64,000 bases of DNA from Candidatus Undinarchaeales archaeon (GTDB lineage: Archaea > SpSt-1190 > JASMDC01): assembly GCA_030753015.1 (NCBI GenBank), contig JASMDC010000015.1, positions 8,988-72,987 on the forward strand. Reading direction: 5' to 3'. Positions 46,855 through 54,142 of this stretch are shown one piece after another; positions within the stretch are counted from its first letter, which is position 1; each line of letters begins with the position of its first letter. Under the pieces are notes generated by a model. That model saw only the letters and a list, made by a program, of their open reading frames with translations. It was not told the origin of the DNA and did not search any database. The translations under genes were made by a program, and so were the position numbers.

Positions 46855-48087
46855 ATGATTATTGTTAGGGGGGAGGCAGAGGAGATCAAGAAGATACACA
46901 AGTGGTTGCTCGTGTACGGAAGGCGGAAGACGGGCAAGACCTTCCTCCTCAGGAACCTCACGGACTACGACGAGTACTACTTCGTGAAAAGGGACAGGGG
47001 GATACTCACCGACTCAGGTGCCCTCTCGTACGAGACCTTCCTGGAGCTGTTCAAGCGCCAGCTCAACGACGGAGGGACGGTGATCGTGGACGAGTTCCAC
47101 CGCCTGGGCGAAGGGTTCCAGGATATCCTCCACTTCCTTCCGAAGAAGGGGAAAGTGATACTCGTATCGTCCACGCTGCACCTATCGAGGAAGCTGGTGG
47201 GATCGCACTCCCCCCTGCTCGGTGTGGTCGCCGAGTTCCAAATGCCGCTCCTGCGACTCTTCGACGTGCTGAGCTCCCTGCACGGTGATGGTCTCTCCAA
47301 GAAGGAGCTCGTCGAGACTGCCGTGCTCCTGCGCGAGCCCATAACCATCGACCATTACACACCTGGCGAGGGAGCTGTATCCACGTTCACGAGGGTGATG
47401 ACGAGCACGAAGTACCTCGTACCGGCGCTCATCGGCGAGATATTCACAGAGGAGGACCGCTCCCTCTCAGCGGTCTACGAGGGCGTCCTGCGTGCTATAG
47501 CCGGCGGGAAGTGCGTATCGAGCGAGATATCGAGCTTCCTCTTCTCGCACGGACTGATCAAGAAGGACGATCCCAGCCTCCTCCAGCAGTACCTCAACAA
47601 TCTCGTGTCGTTCGGCCTCCTGAAGCGGTTGAAGGTGTACAACAAGCGGCGTTACGTCTACATGCATACCTCGCCGCTGGTCTATCTCTACTTCTACGCT
47701 GACGAGAAGTACAACCTCTCCGAGATCGAGGCTGGACCCGAGGTGATCTCCCGCATCATCGCCGAGCTCTATCCGCGCATCATCGAGGGAGCGGTGCGCG
47801 AGCTCTTGGCCGAGCACTTCGGGCTGGTGGAGTCCGTCGTCCGGGAGAAGGATTTTGACATCGACGCCTACCTGCTGCGGTTCAAGACGCCCGAAGTGGC
47901 CGTGGAGGTCAAGTGGAAGGACAAGGTCTCATCCAAGGACGTGCGCAAGGCCGAGGATACCCTGTCACGCGTCGAAGCGAAGCGCAGGATCCTGTTCGTC
48001 CCGGACAAGAAAAAGGTCGAGTGCGGGAGCGACCTCGAGATCATGGACGTAGGCGACGTGCTGCAGGGACGTGCTTCTGCGGAGTAG
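46855..48087 (+). CDS. Archaeal AAA ATPase (ATPase-wHTH-PD(D/E)xK type)
   Basis: Walker A YGRRKTGKT, Walker B IVDEFH and C-terminal DID...VEVKW. Confidence 0.88.
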   Translation: MIIVRGEAEEIKKIHKWLLVYGRRKTGKTFLLRNLTDYDEYYFVKRDRGILTDSGALSYETFLELFKRQLNDGGTVIVDEFHRLGEGFQDILHFLPKKGKVILVSSTLHLSRKLVGSHSPLLGVVAEFQMPLLRLFDVLSSLHGDGLSKKELVETAVLLREPITIDHYTPGEGAVSTFTRVMTSTKYLVPALIGEIFTEEDRSLSAVYEGVLRAIAGGKCVSSEISSFLFSHGLIKKDDPSLLQQYLNNLVSFGLLKRLKVYNKRRYVYMHTSPLVYLYFYADEKYNLSEIEAGPEVISRIIAELYPRIIEGAVRELLAEHFGLVESVVREKDFDIDAYLLRFKTPEVAVEVKWKDKVSSKDVRKAEDTLSRVEAKRRILFVPDKKKVECGSDLEIMDVGDVLQGRASAE

Positions 48088-48100
48088 ATTCATAACAAAA

Positions 48101-48121
48101 GTGCGCCGGTAGGGACCCGAG
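48101..48121 (-). repeat. tRNA-Gly 3'-end-like repeat c2
   Basis: GTGCGCCGGTAGGGACCCGAG (one mismatch to the consensus). Confidence 0.75.
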
Positions 48122-48264
48122 CGCGCATCAGGGGCACTCATCCTGTGCATACGCACGTAGAACAAGCGTATGGACTATGATCGGAACAGATATCGCCCGA
48201 GCGGACCTGTCGGAGATATACTTTTATTGACTTGGTTCGATCCACCGTACAGAGCGTGATTACC

Positions 48265-49680
48265 ATGGTATCCCCGTCCACCAAGATCGGCGACCTCATC
48301 GAGGAGCATCCCTTCCTTGTCGACTTCCTGCCCACCCTCTCTCCCCGGTACGAGGCCTTGCGCAGCCCCACCATGCGAGCCACTATGGGAAAGGTGGCCA
48401 CCGTAGAGATGGCCGCCAAGATGGGAGGACTGGAGGTGGACGAGCTTGTCACCGCCATCGAGAGCGAGATCGCCCGACACGTCGAGGGCGACGCGTCCGC
48501 CCCGACCGAAGAGGAGCTTGCGCGACGCAAGGAGGTCCTCAAGGGCATCATCCGCGACATCCACGCGGGCGCCGACATCGAGGAGCTTAAGGTCCGGTTC
48601 GCCTCCCTCATCAAGGGCGTGGGCCCTGCTGAGATCTCGGCCGTGGAGCAGGCGCTCATCGCCGATGGCATGCCCGCAGAGGAGATCAAGCGCCTGTGCG
48701 ACGTCCACGTGGAGGTGTTCAAGAGCTCGCTCGAGATGAAGAAGCCACCATCCACCCCGCCAGGCCACCCGGTCCACACCTACATGCAGGAGAACCAGGC
48801 AAGTGCCGACATCATGCGCAAGATCGTAGATCGATTGGAGGGCCTGGAGGACGCGCTACCCGAGGTCAAGGGCCTTCTCGACGAGCTGGCCAAGATCGAC
48901 ATCCACTACACCCGAAAGGAGAACCAGCTCTTCCCCGCCCTCGAGCGCCACGGTATCACGGGGCCCTCGCAGGTCATGTGGGCCATCCACGACGATATCA
49001 GGGCGCTGGTGAAACAGGTGCGGGAGGCACTGGATGGCGAGGACGTCGCAAGCGCCGCCACCCTCCTCCGGGACCTTGTTGGGACCATCGGCGACATGGT
49101 CTACAAGGAGGAGCACATCCTCTACCCGGCTGCGCTGGAAGCCCTGACGGAGGAGGACTGGGTGCGCGTGCGGCAGGGCGAGGAGGAGATCGGGTACGCA
49201 TGGGTGACACCTGCGGCCCCCTGGCCACCCGAGGGGACCGAGGTAGCGGTCTCTTCTGAAGGGACCTCGGCCCTCTCCATGGACACCGGGGCGCTCACCC
49301 ACGAGCAGCTCAACCTCCTGCTCAAGCACCTTCCCTTCGACGTGACCTTCGTGAGCGAGAACGACGAGGTGCTGTACTACTCGGACACTCCAGAGCGGAT
49401 CTTCCCCCGGTCGGCAGGGGTCATCGGGCGAAAGGTGCAGAACTGCCACCCGCCCAAGAGCGTCCACGCAGTCACTCGCATCCTGGACGAGTTCAGGGCC
49501 GGGACGCGGGACGTCGCCGAGTTCTGGATCCATCTCCACGGAAAGTTCCTCTACATCCGGTACTTCGCCGTGCGCGACGGTAAGGGCACCTATCGCGGAT
49601 GCCTCGAGGTCATGCAGGAGATATCCCGCATCTCCAAACTCGAAGGGGACAAGCGGCTGCTGGACGACAGCACTGCCTAG
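48265..49680 (+). CDS. DUF438/DUF1858 hemerythrin-PAS protein
   Basis: LCDVH, GHPVHT, HYTRKENQLFP, VMWAIHD, KEEHILYP and GRKVQNCHPPKS motifs. Confidence 0.9.
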   Translation: MVSPSTKIGDLIEEHPFLVDFLPTLSPRYEALRSPTMRATMGKVATVEMAAKMGGLEVDELVTAIESEIARHVEGDASAPTEEELARRKEVLKGIIRDIHAGADIEELKVRFASLIKGVGPAEISAVEQALIADGMPAEEIKRLCDVHVEVFKSSLEMKKPPSTPPGHPVHTYMQENQASADIMRKIVDRLEGLEDALPEVKGLLDELAKIDIHYTRKENQLFPALERHGITGPSQVMWAIHDDIRALVKQVREALDGEDVASAATLLRDLVGTIGDMVYKEEHILYPAALEALTEEDWVRVRQGEEEIGYAWVTPAAPWPPEGTEVAVSSEGTSALSMDTGALTHEQLNLLLKHLPFDVTFVSENDEVLYYSDTPERIFPRSAGVIGRKVQNCHPPKSVHAVTRILDEFRAGTRDVAEFWIHLHGKFLYIRYFAVRDGKGTYRGCLEVMQEISRISKLEGDKRLLDDSTA

Positions 49681-49714
49681 GACGGAAGGTACCAGAGACG
49701 TTTCGCAAGAGACA

Positions 49715-49799
49715 GGTGCGCCGGTCGGGACCCGTTCTCGTGTACGAACAGGCACAGAACGCCAGATGACCTTTTGGGACATCCTTAAAAGATCGGACC
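49715..49799 (-). repeat. tRNA-Gly 3'-end-like repeat c3 plus conserved arm shared with c5
   Basis: GGTGCGCCGGTCGGGACCCGTTCT...ACAGGC.C.GAACGCCAGATGACC.TTTGGGA.AT..TTAAAAGA.CGGACC. Confidence 0.85.
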
Positions 49800-49883
49800 G
49801 CAGAGGCCTTCAAGTATGTCGAGAAAGGGCACAAGAAGGGAAGTGTCGTTATGACCGTGGTGGATGATGACAAGGGATCATAG
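49794..49883 (+). pseudogene. C-terminal remnant of an MDR-family NAD(P)-dependent alcohol dehydrogenase
   Basis: TAEAFKYVEKGHKKGSVVMTV...* matches the family C-terminus AEA.RYVE.GHKKG.VVI. Confidence 0.7.
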
Positions 49884-49939
49884 GTACGTAATTTAGTTTC
49901 ATGGCACTTAATAGCCAACAAGCGACATAGCTCACATGG

Positions 49940-50578
49940 GTGAACAAAACGGATGAACTATCTGCAAGATGCAAGAACGAGATACACACCTTTTTCGGCC
50001 TGGCCGTCGTTAATCTTGTGATCGCTGCATTGATCCTGGCCTTCGGGATATCTACAGGTGTCACGCGGCTCATGGCCTTTTCCAGGTCAGGAGAGATCGA
50101 ACTGATGTCCCTATTATTGATCGGTGCGGGCCTTGCTGCAGCAATTGCTGGACTGTATTGGCTGGTAAAGACCGCCGAGATCCTCGAAGGTGTCGAAAAG
50201 ATCGACTCGGACTGGGAAAAGATCACACAACATGACGATCAGGAACAGGTCACGGGTGTTCTTGTTCAAATGATAGCTCATTATCGAAAGAACCAGCCGG
50301 TCATCGACAGAATGACCGTTCTTGGACGGATAGTCGGGATCCTTTTCCTTGTTTCCGGATCTCTGAGCCTGCTGGATTCGGGAAGGACACTGCTTGCATC
50401 CGGCATGGTCAATGAAGGCATGTTCCAGCTTGCAGGTGCCATAGCGGTATTTAGCGTTGGGATCGGAAGTCTTCTCATCGCAAGATACTTCGAACGGTAT
50501 TCCGGGATCTGGGTCGTCCGACTAAAGGAAGAAGATAACATCCAGGAAGCGCTCACCGAACTGTTGGAGGCCAGCTAA
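49940..50578 (+). CDS. Hypothetical 4-TM membrane protein
   Basis: Two pairs of TM helices; coupled to the downstream wHTH gene. Confidence 0.75.
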   Translation: MNKTDELSARCKNEIHTFFGLAVVNLVIAALILAFGISTGVTRLMAFSRSGEIELMSLLLIGAGLAAAIAGLYWLVKTAEILEGVEKIDSDWEKITQHDDQEQVTGVLVQMIAHYRKNQPVIDRMTVLGRIVGILFLVSGSLSLLDSGRTLLASGMVNEGMFQLAGAIAVFSVGIGSLLIARYFERYSGIWVVRLKEEDNIQEALTELLEAS

Positions 50579-50579
50579 C

Positions 50580-50855
50580 GTGAAAGGGCGACGTACCAAT
50601 TACGAGATCTATTGGGAGATCCTGGTCTTCTGCCGTGAACCCAGATCGTTCACCAGTATTATCAATCGTTGCGATCTGAACTCAAAGATCGGGCAGCAGC
50701 ATATCCAGTTCCTCACGGACAAGAAGTTCCTTTCGATCGAGACCCTCGAGAAGAAGAGATCGTACACCACTACAGAACAAGCTCACGAATATATCAGCCT
50801 TTTTTCACAACTATATCGAAAGATGTATGACAGTGCCCCGGAATTCAAACTGTGA
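50580..50855 (+). CDS. Archaeal winged-helix regulator (HTH_45-like)
   Basis: RRTNYEIYWEIL...TSIINRCDLN...YTTTE pattern. Confidence 0.82.
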   Translation: MKGRRTNYEIYWEILVFCREPRSFTSIINRCDLNSKIGQQHIQFLTDKKFLSIETLEKKRSYTTTEQAHEYISLFSQLYRKMYDSAPEFKL

Positions 50856-50896
50856 ATGCTCGCTAAGGACCCGTTAGCATACGATCAACATGAGAA

Positions 50897-50913
50897 TGGT
50901 GCGCCGGTCGGGG
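50897..50913 (-). repeat. tRNA-Gly 3'-end-like repeat c4, including the CCA complement
   Basis: TGGTGCGCCGGTCGGGG. Confidence 0.8.
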
Positions 50914-51237
50914 ACACAACCTTTATAGGTTCGTGAGGTCTCGCCATCCATTGTCCTAACGGACCTGTTGTGGGGACATTGCCGGCCTTCGCTGGATTGA
51001 ACACCAGTGTCTCCACAACTGCTTTCCCCCATCCTTGCATATAATCCCACCAGCGAAGGCTGCGGATCGATAGAAGGGATGCCGATCCTACAAGATTCCC
51101 TGCTGTTGAGCAAGATAACGAGGGGCGTCTCCAGTATCCCATATCCCCCTGTTCATCGATAGGACCTGCCTACGGGATGTGGATCGAACCCTTTGCCACC
51201 CACCGTATTTTCCTTGAGCGAACACCGAGAGAAGGGA

Positions 51238-51328
51238 TGGTGCGCCGGTCGGGACCTGGACCCGTTCTTTTTTCTGACAGGCCCTGAACGCCAGATGACC
51301 GTTTGGGATATTGTTAAAAGAACGGACC
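51238..51328 (-). repeat. tRNA-Gly 3'-end-like repeat c5 (CCA plus T-arm geometry) with conserved arm
   Basis: The minus strand reads CGGG-TCCAGGT-CCCGA-CCGGCGC-A-CCA; the adjoining about 70 nt aligns with c3. Confidence 0.85.
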
Positions 51329-51349
51329 ATCGACTCTGGACGGATGATC

Positions 51350-52081
51350 ATGAAAGCCATCCTGCACACAAGATACGGACCTGCCGACGAGCTTGAGCTC
51401 ACAGAGGTCCCCAGACCGGTCCCCGGGGACAACGAGGTCTCGATCAAGGTGCATGCGACGGCAGTGACGACGGGCGACTGCAACGTCCGGAACCTCACGT
51501 TCGCGCCCAGAGATTTCAAGATCCCTGTGCGGTTGTTCCTGGGGATAAGAACACCTCGGATCAAGATACTTGGGAACGAGGTGGCCGGAGTGATCGAGGC
51601 CGTCGGCAAGGACGTCACGCGGTTCGCGGTCGGTGACAAGGTCTTCGGGACCCCCGGCGCTGCCATGGGCGCCCATGCCGAGTACCTGTGCATGCCCGAG
51701 GACGGAGTGCTGGCGATAAGACCTGACCCGATGAGCTGGGAGGAGGCCGAGGTAGTCATCGCCGAGCACGACGGTGCGCCCGTCGGGTTCGCCCTCTTCT
51801 TCCATAACTACTCGACGTTCCTGGGACGGCACGGCATCTACATCGAGGACCTGTACGTCCGGCCCGAGCATCGAGGGAAGGGGTGCGGGAAACAGCTGCT
51901 CGCCCATCTTGCCGACCTTGCCGTCGAGCGGGGGTGCGGGCGATTGGAGTGGTGGGTCCTCGACGTCAACCGGCCTGCCATCGACTTCTACGGGTCTCTG
52001 GGAGCGCAGGCGATGGACGAGTGGACCGTGTACAGGCTGACCGGAAAGGAGCTGGGGCGGCTGGCCGCAGGCGGGCGGTGA
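51350..52081 (+). CDS. In-frame chimera: MDR alcohol dehydrogenase N-domain fused to a GNAT (diamine acetyltransferase-like) C-half
   Basis: MKAILHTRYG...GAHAEYLCMPE...MSWEEA switches at about 51747 to EVVIAE...FFHNYSTFLGRHGIYIEDLYVRPEHRGKG...LEWWVLD.N.PAIDFY. Confidence 0.8.
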   Translation: MKAILHTRYGPADELELTEVPRPVPGDNEVSIKVHATAVTTGDCNVRNLTFAPRDFKIPVRLFLGIRTPRIKILGNEVAGVIEAVGKDVTRFAVGDKVFGTPGAAMGAHAEYLCMPEDGVLAIRPDPMSWEEAEVVIAEHDGAPVGFALFFHNYSTFLGRHGIYIEDLYVRPEHRGKGCGKQLLAHLADLAVERGCGRLEWWVLDVNRPAIDFYGSLGAQAMDEWTVYRLTGKELGRLAAGGR

Positions 52082-52088
52082 GCAGTCG

Positions 52089-52562
52089 CTACGAGAAGCT
52101 GCCGTACACCGTGATCGGCGTCGTCACGTTCTCGAACCCGCGGTCCTCCAGCGCTGCCGCCAGGTCGTGGAACGCCACCTCGTCCATCTTCGAGCTCCGG
52201 AACTCGACCGACACGTTCACCTTGTCAGAACTGAAGGTGCCGCCGCGCTCGTACCGGATGGTGCCATGAGCGACCGTGTGGATGTAATGGTCGTCCGGGG
52301 GATCGGCCGGCTCGAACTTGAAGTTCATGTAGATGGGATCGCGCTCGTCGTGGCCGACCTCCAGGTCGAGGCCCAGGTCCTTGTTGGCCAGCTCGAGAGC
52401 GAACTCGGCGTCACGGTAGCCCTTGTTGATCTCCTGCTCGTCCATGCCCTTGCCGAACAGGCCAAGGAACTTGCCTGCGTCCATGGTGAAGTCGGCGTAC
52501 CCGTCGCCGTGGATCATGTTGACGGCCTCGCCGCCGTACTCGGTGAGCGCGCAGTATCCCAT
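52089..52562 (-). CDS. Hypothetical acidic protein
   Basis: GC3-biased ORF with TTAAATA upstream on the minus strand. Confidence 0.7.
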   Translation of the reverse strand: MGYCALTEYGGEAVNMIHGDGYADFTMDAGKFLGLFGKGMDEQEINKGYRDAEFALELANKDLGLDLEVGHDERDPIYMNFKFEPADPPDDHYIHTVAHGTIRYERGGTFSSDKVNVSVEFRSSKMDEVAFHDLAAALEDRGFENVTTPITVYGSFS

Positions 52563-52631
52563 AAGATTACCGTCCTTACTGACCGCGCGCTGGATCCCGG
52601 TATTTAAGGTTTGCCCGGGGGTGACGGACGC

Positions 52632-53366
52632 TCACGCCAGCTCGTAGATGTGCGTGACGGGGTCCGAGTAGACAAGCCAGAACCCATCGATACGCGCCCC
52701 GACGAAGGCATCCCCCAGGACCGTCCCCTTGACGGGCCCCGGTTCACGGCCTGCTGCGATGAAGATGGCGTCGGCCTTGGCAGCGTCCTCGGCATGGACG
52801 TACAGGTACCCTGCGCCGTGGACCTTCATCACCGTTCGTGTATCGGCGGGATCGTAGGCGAGCAGTGCATCTGCCACGTCCCGGACGAGCGCGTGGGGCA
52901 CGCAGTCGGGGCAGATGATGTCGTCTGCGGGCATCCCCAGGTACTTGGATACCGTCACCGGCAACAGCTCCCTCGAGGGTGCGTCGATCACCGGCTCGCG
53001 CTCGCCGTAGGCGCGGATGGCATGACCGTAGTCCCACCATGAAAGGACGTGCGCGTCCGGCGGCGTGTTCCTGTGCAGCCAGTCGAGGCCGGGCCGCATG
53101 GAGCGCGGGAGCGTCTGGTCGGGGATGATGGTGCGGTTGCCCCTGGTGTACCGCATAAGGGTGATCTCTCGCGCGGCCGTGCCGTGGCCGACCTCCTCGG
53201 TGACAAGCTCCAGGTCGTACCTGCCGCCGATACGCTCGACGTTCTCATCGATATTCCCGGGGCCGTCTGGATTCCCGTACCCCGTTCCGTCCAAGTAGTT
53301 GATGGAGATGATCGCACAAATGATCAGGATCCCGAGGCCCGTCAGCACGTACCGGGTGTCCGTCAT
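52632..53366 (-). CDS. Stand-alone AglB/STT3 C-terminal core-domain protein
   Basis: LDWL..NTP....VLSWWDYGH motif; only one N-terminal TM helix. Confidence 0.8.
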   Translation of the reverse strand: MTDTRYVLTGLGILIICAIISINYLDGTGYGNPDGPGNIDENVERIGGRYDLELVTEEVGHGTAAREITLMRYTRGNRTIIPDQTLPRSMRPGLDWLHRNTPPDAHVLSWWDYGHAIRAYGEREPVIDAPSRELLPVTVSKYLGMPADDIICPDCVPHALVRDVADALLAYDPADTRTVMKVHGAGYLYVHAEDAAKADAIFIAAGREPGPVKGTVLGDAFVGARIDGFWLVYSDPVTHIYELA

Positions 53367-53414
53367 CCTGCAATTGATTCAGGCGTGGATGCCATAAATA
53401 CGTGCTGAGCGCAA

Positions 53415-53439
53415 AAAAGGCCTTAAAATCAGGCCTTTT
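53415..53439 (-). terminator. Hairpin with T-tract at the end of the cdc48-MBL operon
   Basis: AAAAGGCCT-7 nt-AGGCCTTTT; reads into T6 on the minus strand. Confidence 0.55.
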
Positions 53440-54130
53440 GGGGCTTACTTTCAACGTTCACGACGCTCCCGACGCCCACCTGGCGGAAGGTGCGGGGGAA
53501 CAGCTCGGGGAACCGGTCCGGCTCCCGAGTGCAGTGGCACGGGGCCACCAGAGAGAGGTTTTCCAGCTGCCCGGGGTCCTTTGCGTCATGCATCCCGCCC
53601 AGGATGCCCCTGACCCGGCCGTGTAGGCTCGCTGCATCCAGCACCGGGGCAAAGCCGGGATGACAGCACCCGGTGACTGCCAGAACGCCGGTCCCGGCGT
53701 CGACGACCAGCGCCTGCTCTTTCAGTTCACCGCCCAGAGCCGGTGTCGTGCGCACGCCCGGCACCACCCTGCTGCCGTCCTCGGTCCCCGTCACCGAAAC
53801 GTCGGCGCGGTTGGACAGCTCGATGCGCAGGTGTCGGGGGATGCCCTCGGGAACGTACAGCGGCACATCCCCCCTGGCCTCGAGGAAGCGTGCGAGACCC
53901 CCCAGATGGTCCCAGTGCGGGTGCGAGAGCACCACGGCATCGACCGACCGGATATCCACTCTCAGCTCTGCCATGTTGTGCAGGAGAAGTCCGCCGTCGA
54001 AGCCAGCGTCGAACAGTACCTTTCCGCCGGGCACCTCTGCGAGGCAGGAAAAGCCCCAGCCGCAGCGCAGCGAGGTCGAAGCACCTGGCGCGAGCCGGTT
54101 GTCGTACAGCACCGTCAGGCGCGCGGTCAT
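53429..54130 (-). CDS. MBL-fold metallohydrolase
   Basis: LYDN, WGFS, SHPHWDHLGG, EQAL, GCCHPG, GGMH and PCHCT motifs. Confidence 0.88.
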   Translation of the reverse strand: MTARLTVLYDNRLAPGASTSLRCGWGFSCLAEVPGGKVLFDAGFDGGLLLHNMAELRVDIRSVDAVVLSHPHWDHLGGLARFLEARGDVPLYVPEGIPRHLRIELSNRADVSVTGTEDGSRVVPGVRTTPALGGELKEQALVVDAGTGVLAVTGCCHPGFAPVLDAASLHGRVRGILGGMHDAKDPGQLENLSLVAPCHCTREPDRFPELFPRTFRQVGVGSVVNVESKPQKA

Positions 54131-54142
54131 AGCAGCCGTCCC

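Noticed and set aside
50914-51237. ORFs between repeats c4 and c5
   Set aside because: Only short, motif-less frames are present; probably decayed cargo that cannot be called.
46704-51328. Repeats interpreted as a CRISPR array
   Set aside because: Spacing is 0.3-1.6 kb and contains whole genes; there are no cas genes in the window.
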